Shown here: positions 8,682 to 18,094 of the stretch, in pieces
Position numbering within the stretch: the first letter of the stretch is position 1
Layout: each line of letters begins with the position of its first letter
Assembly: GCA_900316315.1 (NCBI GenBank)
Contig: ONCK01000010.1
Span: 8,082-72,081 of the forward strand
DNA length: 64,000 nucleotides
Direction of reading: 5' to 3'
Source: an uncultured Prevotellaceae bacterium
GTDB taxonomy: Bacteria > Bacteroidota > Bacteroidia > Bacteroidales > Bacteroidaceae
The notes under the pieces: generated by a model
Databases searched by the model: none
What the model saw: the letters and a program-made list of their open reading frames with translations, nothing else
Told to the model about the DNA's origin: nothing
Program-made: the position numbers and the translations under genes

Positions 8682-9295
8682 TGACGCGTCTTAAGTTATA
8701 TGAAAATTTCAATCGTCAGACCGACTTGGATCAAGTCGTAGACGTGCTCAATGAGGGAGAACTTATCCTGCTCCCGACAGACTTGCGCTATGTTGTAGGA
8801 TGCCATGCCTTGCGCAATCAAGCTGTTGAACGCTTACTCAAGTGGAAGGGACGTGGCGATGACGTCCGTAACAAACTTACACTAATCTGCCACAGCATCA
8901 GCCAAATCAGTGATTTTGCCCGCATAGACAACGAAATGTTCAGACTGATGAAACGTAATACGCCGGGCCCTTTTACCTTTATCCTGCCGGGACTTAACAG
9001 ATTGCCCAAGATATTGAGCAAACGCAAGGAGGTGGGTGTCCGTATACCTGAGAATCCGGTATTATATAATATCGTCGAGGCCCTTGACGCCCCTATTATG
9101 GTCTCATCATTGCCTCAGGAGCCGATAGATGTGGACTATTATACCAATCCCGAGCTTGCGGAGGAGCACTTCGGAGACGAGGTAGCGCTGACTATAGACG
9201 GAGGGGTGGGACGCGACGGCCAGACGACTGTGGTCAACTGCACGGGCGCCTCGCCTGTGATTGAGAGACAGGGCTCCGGTGAACTTATCATGTAA
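8681..9295 (+). CDS. tsaC: L-threonylcarbamoyladenylate synthase (YrdC/TsaC-type)
   Basis: YrdC-domain motifs LLPTDLRYVVGC, KGRGDD, PGPFTFILP. ATG 8681 overlaps the maf stop (TGATG). The ORF track's longer start at 8666 is also possible. Confidence 0.8.
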   Translation: MTRLKLYENFNRQTDLDQVVDVLNEGELILLPTDLRYVVGCHALRNQAVERLLKWKGRGDDVRNKLTLICHSISQISDFARIDNEMFRLMKRNTPGPFTFILPGLNRLPKILSKRKEVGVRIPENPVLYNIVEALDAPIMVSSLPQEPIDVDYYTNPELAEEHFGDEVALTIDGGVGRDGQTTVVNCTGASPVIERQGSGELIM

Positions 9296-9314
9296 CTCCT
9301 TAAAAACACCCAAT

Positions 9315-9785
9315 ATGAAAAGATCAAAAATCGGACTCCTATGTCTCATGATAGGGCTGGCGACGCTGTGCAACAGCTGTAGTGAAGAAGACTTGGTTTC
9401 TCATGTGCCTACATTTTCGGATATGGCCTTCAATCCCACTGCACCACATGTCGGGCAGACGATTACGGCCACCTGTGTACAGTCTCACAAGGGCTCTCTA
9501 CTGGACCGCACCACCTATGCGTGGTCATATACTGTCAATGGCCAGACGACAGATGTCAATTCCGCTACGACTAATTATGGAGTGGACAACAGCGACCCCT
9601 TTATCCGCTTCACCCCGACAGAGGCCGGCAATTACTCTATTACAGTGACAATCCGATACAATCTTTCCGCCAAGACGGACGGTACAAGTGGGTCATACAC
9701 AATACCAGACGGTACCGTGAGTTATCAGAACGGGACATTGGTGTCACTTGTTACTATAACCAAGAAGTTTAACGTGTTAGAATAA
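9315..9785 (+). CDS. hypothetical lipoprotein (Ig/PKD-like beta-rich)
   Basis: MKRSKIGLLCLMIGLATLCNSC is a lipoprotein signal with a lipobox Cys. The remainder is Thr/Ser/Asn-rich and looks like beta-strand. I chose the internal ATG 9315 rather than the ORF-track start 9261. Confidence 0.6.
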   Translation: MKRSKIGLLCLMIGLATLCNSCSEEDLVSHVPTFSDMAFNPTAPHVGQTITATCVQSHKGSLLDRTTYAWSYTVNGQTTDVNSATTNYGVDNSDPFIRFTPTEAGNYSITVTIRYNLSAKTDGTSGSYTIPDGTVSYQNGTLVSLVTITKKFNVLE

Positions 9786-9850
9786 AAATATATAGATCTG
9801 GCCTTGGTCGGACACAAGGTGAATCCCATAAGTAATCATCTAAAAAGAAT

Positions 9851-11242
9851 ATGACCCTTATCAAATCTATTTCCGGTTTCCGTGGTACTATAGGAGGACC
9901 GACTGGAGATTCTCTCAATCCTTTGGACATTGTTAAGTTTGTGAGTGCTTATGCCGTACAGCGACGCCGTAACTGCAAGCTGCAGAGCAATACCATCGTT
10001 GTCGGGCGTGACGCCCGTATCAGTGGGGAGATGGTCAGCAAGATTGTCTGCGGCACCCTGATGGGATTGGGATATGATGTGATCAATATAGGCCTGGCAA
10101 CGACGCCTACGACAGAGCTGGCGGTGACCATGAGCCAAAGTTGTGGAGGACTGATACTAACAGCAAGCCATAATCCACGGCAGTGGAATGCTCTCAAGTT
10201 GCTTAATGAGCAGGGCGAGTTTCTCAGTGCAGCAGAGGCAGCAGAAGTGGTGCGATTGGCAGATGAGGCCAAATTTGAGTATGCTGACGTTGATCATATC
10301 GGAAAATATACGGAGGATTTCTCCTATGGGCAAAAGCATATTGAACTTGTCAAAAATCTTGAACTGGTAGATGTTGAGGCTATTCGAAAAGCTCATTTCA
10401 GTGTCGCCATTGATACTGTCAATTCTGTAGGCGGTATTATCCTTCCTCAGCTCCTCAATCAACTTGGCGTGGCGAACATCAAGGGACTTTACACAGAGCC
10501 TACAGGAGATTTTAAGCACAATCCGGAGCCCCTCGAAAAAAATTTAGGGGATATTAAGGCGCTTATCAAGCGCGGTGGATTCGATATAGGCTTTGTCGTT
10601 GATCCGGATGTGGATCGTTTGGCGCTCTTTTGTGAAGACGGCACCATGTATGGTGAAGAGTATACTCTGGTGACTGTAGCTGACTACGTGCTCCAATTCC
10701 AACATGGTCCGACGGTCTCCAACCTAAGCAGCACCCGGGCATTGAGAGACGTGACGGAGAAATACGGGTGCAAATATTATCCCGCTGCGGTCGGCGAGGT
10801 GAATGTGGTTACCAAGATGAAGGAAGTCGGAGCGGTCATCGGAGGAGAAGGTAACGGCGGAGTAATTTACCCAAAAGCGCACTATGGTCGTGATGCGCTG
10901 GTGGGCATTGCGCTCATTCTCACCTATCTGGCTAAGAAAGGCTGCAAGACTTCTGAGTTGCGGGCTACTTATCCTCAATATGTCATTACCAAAAATCGCA
11001 TAGACCTCGAGCCTTCCATGGATGTCGATAAGATACTGCGCATAGTCGAGGCGCATCATCTGCAAGATCAGGTCACAAATATCGATGGCGTTAAGATTGA
11101 TTTTCCTGACAGCTGGGTACATATGCGCAAGAGCAATACCGAACCGATTATCCGCGTCTATGCTGAAGCTGAGACTGCAGAAAAGGCCAATGCCTTGGCT
11201 CAAAAGATGATAGATGAGATAAAGGAAATCGCTAGACAATAA
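9851..11242 (+). CDS. glmM: phosphoglucosamine mutase
   Basis: 463 aa. MTLIKSISGFRGTIGG N-terminus of Bacteroidota GlmM. Phosphoserine loop TASHNP. Metal loop DPDVDR. Confidence 0.9.
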   Translation: MTLIKSISGFRGTIGGPTGDSLNPLDIVKFVSAYAVQRRRNCKLQSNTIVVGRDARISGEMVSKIVCGTLMGLGYDVINIGLATTPTTELAVTMSQSCGGLILTASHNPRQWNALKLLNEQGEFLSAAEAAEVVRLADEAKFEYADVDHIGKYTEDFSYGQKHIELVKNLELVDVEAIRKAHFSVAIDTVNSVGGIILPQLLNQLGVANIKGLYTEPTGDFKHNPEPLEKNLGDIKALIKRGGFDIGFVVDPDVDRLALFCEDGTMYGEEYTLVTVADYVLQFQHGPTVSNLSSTRALRDVTEKYGCKYYPAAVGEVNVVTKMKEVGAVIGGEGNGGVIYPKAHYGRDALVGIALILTYLAKKGCKTSELRATYPQYVITKNRIDLEPSMDVDKILRIVEAHHLQDQVTNIDGVKIDFPDSWVHMRKSNTEPIIRVYAEAETAEKANALAQKMIDEIKEIARQ

Positions 11243-11251
11243 TACAAAGAG

Positions 11252-12199
11252 ATGGAAGCCATTCGATTTGTACCAAGTCTGACAGACGAGTGGAATAAGT
11301 GCGTGGATTCATCTACCAATGGCACTTTTCTATTTAAGCGTCCCTATATGGATTACCATAAGGACCGCTTCTATGATTGTTCACTCCTTTTCGTCAAACG
11401 AGGTAAGCCCATCGGGTTGCTTCCTGCCAACATTTGTGGTGATGAGGTTTATAGTCATCAAGGCTTGACTTATGGTGGATTGGTCTACGGACCTAAGGTG
11501 TATGTAGAGGATGTCGGCGAAATGCTGCGTCTGTTGATATTGTACTATCGTAACGAATTGGGCGTAAAAGTCATACACTATAAGCCTGTACCCGACGACT
11601 ATCTGTTGCAGCCAGCTTCAGAGCCTTTGTTTTGTCTCTCGCAGATGGGGGCTCAACTAGAGCGACGACAACTGGCCTCTGTGGTGAACTTGCGCCATAG
11701 GATTCCCTACAGCGAGCTCAGGCGGCGTCATCTTGCGAAGGCCAAGCGAAGCCAGTTGCATTTAGCGTGGGGAGAGATAGAGGCAGACTGGACAGACTTC
11801 TGGCAAGTTCTGACAGATATCTTATGGGAACGTCACAAAAGCCGCCCAGTACACAGCCTGAGTGAAATCATGTTGCTTCATTCTCGTTTCCCGTCTGAAA
11901 TACGTCTTCTGACTATTCGGCAGGGTGATGTCCTGCTTGGGGGGACCGTCTTATATATCACGCCTCGTGTCATTCACACCCAGTATATTGCAGCCAGTGA
12001 CCGAGGGTGTGAGCTGGGGGCCTTGGAGATGCTTTTTGATAGCCTGATGCATTCGGCTCTTAGTCAGGAGCATGATTACTTGGACTTTGGCACGAGTCAT
12101 CATTCTGACGGATCTCTTAATGAGGGACTCTGCTTTCAGAAGCAAGGCCTTGGCGGGCGCGGCATTTGCTATGATCAATATAAACTAAGCTTAACTTAA
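11252..12199 (+). CDS. GNAT/FemAB-like acyltransferase-fold protein
   Basis: 315 aa, tightly spaced after glmM (9 nt). My recollection is that this family is annotated as a GNAT family N-acetyltransferase in Bacteroidales. No catalytic motif verified. Confidence 0.5.
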   Translation: MEAIRFVPSLTDEWNKCVDSSTNGTFLFKRPYMDYHKDRFYDCSLLFVKRGKPIGLLPANICGDEVYSHQGLTYGGLVYGPKVYVEDVGEMLRLLILYYRNELGVKVIHYKPVPDDYLLQPASEPLFCLSQMGAQLERRQLASVVNLRHRIPYSELRRRHLAKAKRSQLHLAWGEIEADWTDFWQVLTDILWERHKSRPVHSLSEIMLLHSRFPSEIRLLTIRQGDVLLGGTVLYITPRVIHTQYIAASDRGCELGALEMLFDSLMHSALSQEHDYLDFGTSHHSDGSLNEGLCFQKQGLGGRGICYDQYKLSLT

Positions 12200-12208
12200 C
12201 TTATTACT

Positions 12209-13009
12209 ATGCTTACTCTTGACATACTTATCAGCGTGACCAATGCTAAGATAGTCCGTATCAAGGAGATGCTTCCTGAGCCACAGGAGGGAGTGAGATA
12301 TATTATCTCTTATCAGTATACAGATGAGAAATTTCTAAAGCTTTTTCCCCCTGTCTTGGAGAGCTATCCAGACGTGAGGGTCATCAAGACACAGGGCAAG
12401 GGACTGAGCCGAAGCCGAAACTCTGCTCTCTCGCTTGCACAAGGCGATTTAGTCTACTTTATCGATGATGACACCTGCTTCCTGCCTCATACGATAGATA
12501 TTATCCGACAGACTTTTGAGCAACATCCAGAGTCGGATATCTGTCTTTTTCAAGCTCAAAACTACTCCGGAGCTCCTTTGCGGAGCTACCCATCTAAGCC
12601 TCAGCAAGTGACGACTTTTGCTCAATATATCAATACGCTGGCATATGAGATGGTTTGTCGTCGTGATAAAGTACAAGGTATCGTGAGGTATGATGAGCGC
12701 TTTGGCCTGGGGTCAGAACAATTCCATTGCTACGAGCAGCAAGTGTTTCTCTATGATGCTTTGCGGGCTGACCTCCGCATAGACTATTTTGCCATACCCG
12801 TCATCCAGACTTCGGCTATCTATAAGCCGCTTTTGATCAATAGAGATCATCATATACAGCAAGCGATGGGCGGCTTGCTGGGTTATGTGTACCCTTATTC
12901 TGCAGTGCCCAAGGCTTTTCATCTGGCATATATTGTGTCTCAGAGAAGTAAATGTAGCTTCTTCAGACTTTTATTCCAGCTATTAAAAGGAATAGCAAAG
13001 GTCAAATAA
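12209..13009 (+). CDS. glycosyltransferase family 2-like (GT-A fold)
   Basis: 266 aa with the DxD-type motif YFIDDDT. Follows the previous gene by 9 nt. Confidence 0.65.
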   Translation: MLTLDILISVTNAKIVRIKEMLPEPQEGVRYIISYQYTDEKFLKLFPPVLESYPDVRVIKTQGKGLSRSRNSALSLAQGDLVYFIDDDTCFLPHTIDIIRQTFEQHPESDICLFQAQNYSGAPLRSYPSKPQQVTTFAQYINTLAYEMVCRRDKVQGIVRYDERFGLGSEQFHCYEQQVFLYDALRADLRIDYFAIPVIQTSAIYKPLLINRDHHIQQAMGGLLGYVYPYSAVPKAFHLAYIVSQRSKCSFFRLLFQLLKGIAKVK

Positions 13010-13060
13010 ACAGGTAAAAGAGCCGCTTTGACTTGGGGCCTATAGAAAATATTATATCAT

Positions 13061-13230
13061 ATGCCGACCCAGCAACTTCGGGTCGCCTTGTTTGCGTAAC
13101 AAGGTCGGATGCAGTTTAAACTAGGTCCAATGTAGTTTAAACGGGAAGGCGAGTTGTTATCGCTTGAAAGTCAGCTGGTTGCAAAAAGAACAAATTTTTA
13201 TGTATCTCTTTGATATTCAATGGTTTTGTG
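13061..13230. repeat. copy Q of the ~170-bp dispersed element (see 4595-4766)
   Basis: Contains tandem units GGTCGGATGCAGTTTAAACTA (13103-13123) and GGTCCAATGTAGTTTAAAC (13124-13142). Lies between convergent GT2 genes. Confidence 0.65.
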
Positions 13231-13320
13231 GAGCGTAGCTGAACGGATGTTTTTTGTAGAGGCTGTGAGAACGCTCTCTTGATGAGCCAGGGGAGAGTGC
13301 GGCAGTCAACTTGCAGACTT

Positions 13321-14277
13321 TTATTGGCCAGCGACGAAGGAAATGCTGTTGATCAGCAGCCTAAAAATCGTATATTTGGCTGTGTAGCATTTGCCAGGCA
13401 AAGGATATAGTCGCTCCTTTCGCAAGCGGAGGAGAAGTCGTCTTATCCTTTTGGGGCTATGAGTCAATTTCCAAGTATTATAGATGAGATCCATGGTGAG
13501 TTGCGCCACACGGCGAGAGAGTGCGTCGTGTTCTTGTCTTGCCAGTCGATTGGCCTCTTGTCGTAGAGATACGATAATAGTCATTTGATCGGCAAGGCGT
13601 CGGTCAATGTGAGTAGCTGCCGTGTCCGACATGATAGACTGTGGACGCTGGCGGTAATAGTATGCTGGGATTCTGGTGATGTATAGACTATGGGCTCGGA
13701 GTACAAGCAAAGGGGTAAATGCTTCATCCTCATGAAACAGGTCAGGGATAAAGCGCAACTCTCCGAGTATCTCGCGCTTGAAAATGTAGGACCAAGCGGA
13801 TGCTCTAAGATTGTGACGGAGAAGCATCTGTGTCCCTGTCATCGGACCGAGTAATTTAATGGAGAAGGTCTTCTCGTTCTGATGATGCCTAAATCTGAAC
13901 ATGATCATGTCAGGTTTCTGCTGGTCCAGAAGTTTGAGACATTGGGTATAGCCCTTGACGAGCAGCATATCGTCAGCATCGACAAACTGAATGTATTGCC
14001 CTTGAGCGCAGTCAAGTGCAGCATTGCGCGCAGCGGAAAGTCCGGCGTTAACTTGTCGTATGATGTGTACAGAGGATGTAAATTCACTGATGAGTTGGCA
14101 AACGGGTACGGCATTGCCGTCGTCTACGACAATGATTTCGCGTTGCTCGCTGCTTATAGGTAGCAAGAGAATGCTTTGGATACATGCCTTGACAAGCTCG
14201 GCCGGTACATCAAAAACTGGTAGGATAAAGCTTATGAGCGGCGGTATACTTTGTGAATGAATTGGTTGAGCTGACAT
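13321..14277 (-). CDS. glycosyltransferase family 2
   Basis: 318 aa. ISFILPVFD...IIVVDDGN...FVDADD are GT2 motifs. Overlaps the upstream GT2 by 46 nt. Confidence 0.8.
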   Translation of the reverse strand: MSAQPIHSQSIPPLISFILPVFDVPAELVKACIQSILLLPISSEQREIIVVDDGNAVPVCQLISEFTSSVHIIRQVNAGLSAARNAALDCAQGQYIQFVDADDMLLVKGYTQCLKLLDQQKPDMIMFRFRHHQNEKTFSIKLLGPMTGTQMLLRHNLRASAWSYIFKREILGELRFIPDLFHEDEAFTPLLVLRAHSLYITRIPAYYYRQRPQSIMSDTAATHIDRRLADQMTIIVSLRQEANRLARQEHDALSRRVAQLTMDLIYNTWKLTHSPKRIRRLLLRLRKERLYPLPGKCYTAKYTIFRLLINSISFVAGQ

Positions 14278-15119
14278 AGGCGCTTGAGACCGAAAAGATG
14301 TTTAATAAAGAGTTTTGGAGTTGCCATATAGGGCTTATCCGGAATATCGGGCACGTGTCTTGTCGCTTCGTAGATGTCAAGGGCGACATTGACAATCTGA
14401 GCGTAAAAGCGAGTATCACAGGCTTCGGGGAGAATGCTGAGGTAACCATCAAGCAGGTCTTTAAGCTGCTGTCCTGTAGCGGAGGCTGTGATGCCTCTGT
14501 CGTTCCATCTATATAGATAGCAGCCGGTAGACAGGGTAGCAATGCTGCGACTTTGAAGCAGGAGATGAGGCAGGGTCAGAATGTCCTCAAAAGACCGACC
14601 TACGGGGTAGCGCACTTGATAAAAGAGAGAAGCGCGATAAAGTTTGTTCCAAGCATAGGAATGAGCATAGCCGCGTCCTTGCAGCCAGTAGTCTGCCAGA
14701 GTCTCGTATACCTCGCCATGAAAGGTAAGATGGTATTCCTTCTTAGGATTTCCATAGTGCACTATAACAGGGAATTCGGCGATATCAACATGGGGATGAG
14801 CTTCCAAATAGGTGAGAATCGGCCGATAAGTGTCATGGCAGAGAAGATCGTCACTGTCGACAAAGGTTATAAACTGTCCTTGCGCTTTATCAAGACCGAG
14901 ATTTCGTGCAGCGCTGAGGCCTCCATTGGGCTTATGAAATGTTTTTATGCGATCATTTTCTGCACTCAGGAGGTCGCATAAGTTACCACTCCCATCGGTT
15001 GAGCCGTCATCGACGAGTATGACTTCACAATCCCGGACTCCTTGTTGCAATATGCTGGTGAGGCATGGACGAAGCGTCTTAGAGACATTGTGAACAGGTA
15101 CTATGACAGAAAGCAACAT
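14232..15119 (-). CDS. glycosyltransferase family 2
   Basis: 295 aa. LSVIVPVHN...VILVDDGSTDGS...FVDSDD are GT2 motifs. Confidence 0.85.
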   Translation of the reverse strand: MLLSVIVPVHNVSKTLRPCLTSILQQGVRDCEVILVDDGSTDGSGNLCDLLSAENDRIKTFHKPNGGLSAARNLGLDKAQGQFITFVDSDDLLCHDTYRPILTYLEAHPHVDIAEFPVIVHYGNPKKEYHLTFHGEVYETLADYWLQGRGYAHSYAWNKLYRASLFYQVRYPVGRSFEDILTLPHLLLQSRSIATLSTGCYLYRWNDRGITASATGQQLKDLLDGYLSILPEACDTRFYAQIVNVALDIYEATRHVPDIPDKPYMATPKLFIKHLFGLKRLCQLNQFIHKVYRRS

Positions 15120-15131
15120 GACAATATCGGA

Positions 15132-16244
15132 CTAAGAGTTGGTAAAAGAGTTGGAAGTCCAAAGGTCAAGGTATTGTTGAGCCACTTGAACATAGTCATG
15201 GTATCGCTTAATGTAGGCAATACTGGATGCTGACAATCGCGGAATAAGTTCTGGATGCAATACAAGGCGTTGTAGCTGGTCGTAAACATTCTGTTCGGTA
15301 GGCTGAACGTTGATGATGGGGCGCAGGTCGTAGTCTCCGAGTAAGTCATAGCCTTCCGGCTCCCCCCCGCCTACAAGCACGAGTCCTTTGGCCATGGCAA
15401 GCAGTCCATTCATCGCAGGAGTATAGGAGTAGAGCTGGTCCAGTAGGACATCACAGCTATCCATCATTTCCTGATATTGTGTATAGGGCACTGATTCGAC
15501 CTTGACGATCTCGCAGCGCCCAGGATAGTCTCTTGCGATGCGTTCCAGAGCGTGTAGCATGATATCGGTTCCTTTATAGGTATTCCGGTCACGCTGGATG
15601 CCGATAAAAAATCTGATAGGGGTCGGCTGTCTACGGATACGGCCTTTGATTTGGTCAGTGTTGATAGGAAAGGGGATAAAGTGAGTCTTGCCTGAAAAGC
15701 GGGGAAGGTAACTTTGGTAATACTCGTAGAGCCCTGCTATGATATCATTGCAATCCATGGCAATACGAGTGTTGAGCTGACCTTTGGCTCCTTCTATCCA
15801 CTCGTTTATCCACTTGTCAATATCAGCTGATTGGCGGATACAATTGCCTATATTGAAATCACTGTAACGAAAAGTACGGCAACTTCTTCCAGCGAGTACC
15901 CAGTAACGGTCCATACCAAAAGCTGCAAGTGAGAATTTGCCGTTGTTGCGTCGGAGATATTTGTAAATTGGCAAAATATGTTCGGCTTTGAGCTGTACAA
16001 AGACAGGATTGATAATCTGTACTCTGTCATATCCTTTCAAGGCGGGAAGGAGTCGAAGTAGCTGCGCCAGATAGGCAAGACCGCTAAAGGGTCTCCCATA
16101 TTTTCTGCTGAGATCTATGTCACGAGGATAGCACTTCCATCCATCGCCATCGCTGACGACTGTGACATCAACTCCCAGCTTCCTAAGTCCTTGTGCCAGG
16201 GTCCAATGAACATTACTATATTCACCGAGGAGTAACACTCTCAT
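15132..16244 (-). CDS. glycosyltransferase family 4/1 (GT-B fold)
   Basis: Starts MRVLLLGEYSNVHWTLAQGLRKLGVDV, typical of GT4. I chose ATG 16244. The ORF-track start 16304 adds 20 unlikely residues. Confidence 0.7.
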   Translation of the reverse strand: MRVLLLGEYSNVHWTLAQGLRKLGVDVTVVSDGDGWKCYPRDIDLSRKYGRPFSGLAYLAQLLRLLPALKGYDRVQIINPVFVQLKAEHILPIYKYLRRNNGKFSLAAFGMDRYWVLAGRSCRTFRYSDFNIGNCIRQSADIDKWINEWIEGAKGQLNTRIAMDCNDIIAGLYEYYQSYLPRFSGKTHFIPFPINTDQIKGRIRRQPTPIRFFIGIQRDRNTYKGTDIMLHALERIARDYPGRCEIVKVESVPYTQYQEMMDSCDVLLDQLYSYTPAMNGLLAMAKGLVLVGGGEPEGYDLLGDYDLRPIINVQPTEQNVYDQLQRLVLHPELIPRLSASSIAYIKRYHDYVQVAQQYLDLWTSNSFTNS

Positions 16245-16390
16245 TTCTCTACAAAAATACGATTTTCTAATCTTGTAGTTTGATTTTATCAAGATTTTGT
16301 TCAATGTATTTAAAAATAAATAGTTAGTTTTGTTTCTCGAAAGACCTATTATGGAAATCTTATAGAACCAAGAATAAATTTAAAATATGT

Positions 16391-18013
16391 ATGTTAAAGC
16401 ATAGAACTCAATCTCGTGCCAAACATCACTCTGTCAATCAGTCAGCAAGTCCGGCAAAAATCCAGAAGCGTCGATTGTCATTGCCGCATATACCGCTGTT
16501 GCTTGTTGCATTTTTGCTCTTTTGGCTTTTTGCTTCTGTAGTATACCGCTACGTTTTTTATATGGCAGAGCAGAATACATACTTTGCCTTTGACCGGGTG
16601 GCCATGTATGATGTGCTATCGACACCCGGAGGGTGGCTGATTATGGCGGGCCGCTTTTTCCTGCTTAGTTTCCATTGGCCTCTGCTAGGCGGTTTGGTCC
16701 TGTCTCTGTTTTTGACAATTATTGCTTGGCTAATAGACTATGTATTTAGGCTACGTGGATGGTGGAGGGCTCTGTCAGTCATCCCGAGCTACGCTTTCTT
16801 GGCTTATATTGTATCAATACAACTTAATCTGTATTACGAACTTGACCCAGGAATTCTCTTTTATGTTCCTTTGATAGCCTTGGCTGTTATGACGGTAGTT
16901 ACTTTGATCGTGCGTCTTGTCTCTAAACGACATTTAAGGAGCCTATTCTCCCTTAATAAAATCGAAAATCCTTTAGTAGAGTGGGGAAGGGGACTGATAT
17001 ATCTCCTAATGTTTGGTGTGCTGAGTGTATTTGCTCTGAAGACTGGAGACAGTGCGTTGCGTACAGCACACATGCAGACGCTCCTGCAGCAGAATAGATA
17101 CGACGAGATGATAGATGTCTGCAAAGGCATGAAGCATCCTACACGAACCGTTTGTGCTTATTATGCAATTGCCTTAAGCCAGACAGGTCGCATCTTGGAC
17201 GGAATGTTTGATATTTTCTACCAATATCCCAACATACACCTTAAGAACAAGACCTTTATCGATGATTTCGGCACCAATTACTATGCTGCTGATTGCAATT
17301 TTTATTCGGGTCTTATCACTCCGGCATACCATATTAATATGGAGCAGTGTGTCATCGGAGGACTTAATGTCTATCGCCTCAAATATATGTACCTTTGTTG
17401 CTTAATCAACGGAGAGATACCTTTGGCGGAGAAGTACTTGCGCTATATTGAGCAGATGCCATTTGAAGGACAATGGGTCAAAAAATATCGCCCAATGCTA
17501 TACAATTCCAAACTTATTTCAACAGATCCGGCTCTAGCCAAAGTGATAGAATTGGAGCCCGTGTCAGATGCCTTCGAGCAGTCTTTTTCCGTGCCCACTT
17601 TTATTGGATACAATAACAGTATGCTTGAGGGACGATCTGAGCGTGCTTTGATGAATTCATTGGCCAGTTGCTTATACACCAAAAATCTGCCCGGCGTCAT
17701 GGACCGATATGGAGCTTTGCTACAACTTGGACAACAACTGCCTAAAGTGGTGGAGGAAGCTGTGTTGCTCTATTCGATACGTGATCCGAAAAATGTGGAT
17801 ATCAGTAAGTTCACTCCTTACATAGTGGATATCTTCCGTAACTTTATGAGTCAGGCTGCTCAGTACAAAGGAAAAGATGCCAAATATAAGGGACAAATGC
17901 TTAAGAATCAGTATTTAGGATTTTATCCACTCTATTATTTCTACGAGAATGTGCCCGATGATAATTATAATGAGACAACAAAGGTCATGAAACTAGGTGA
18001 CCGTGTCAACTGA
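16391..18013 (+). CDS. DUF6057-like polytopic membrane protein
   Basis: 540 aa. About 6 hydrophobic helices in the first ~230 aa, then a soluble helical domain. Resembles the Bacteroidales DUF6057 family from memory. True start uncertain. Confidence 0.55.
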   Translation: MLKHRTQSRAKHHSVNQSASPAKIQKRRLSLPHIPLLLVAFLLFWLFASVVYRYVFYMAEQNTYFAFDRVAMYDVLSTPGGWLIMAGRFFLLSFHWPLLGGLVLSLFLTIIAWLIDYVFRLRGWWRALSVIPSYAFLAYIVSIQLNLYYELDPGILFYVPLIALAVMTVVTLIVRLVSKRHLRSLFSLNKIENPLVEWGRGLIYLLMFGVLSVFALKTGDSALRTAHMQTLLQQNRYDEMIDVCKGMKHPTRTVCAYYAIALSQTGRILDGMFDIFYQYPNIHLKNKTFIDDFGTNYYAADCNFYSGLITPAYHINMEQCVIGGLNVYRLKYMYLCCLINGEIPLAEKYLRYIEQMPFEGQWVKKYRPMLYNSKLISTDPALAKVIELEPVSDAFEQSFSVPTFIGYNNSMLEGRSERALMNSLASCLYTKNLPGVMDRYGALLQLGQQLPKVVEEAVLLYSIRDPKNVDISKFTPYIVDIFRNFMSQAAQYKGKDAKYKGQMLKNQYLGFYPLYYFYENVPDDNYNETTKVMKLGDRVN

Positions 18014-18094
18014 CTTGTTAGTCTGAGACTTATAACCTCAAAAGTAAGATTAAAAGAAAGATATATCAGAAGAGTATAATTTTATATTGTAACT

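Noticed and set aside
16391-16510. N-terminal 40 residues of the DUF6057-like ORF (MLKHRTQSRAKHHSVNQSASPAKIQKRRLS...)
   Set aside because: I considered trimming the start, but there is no in-frame ATG before the first TM helix. I kept the ORF-track start and flagged the uncertainty.
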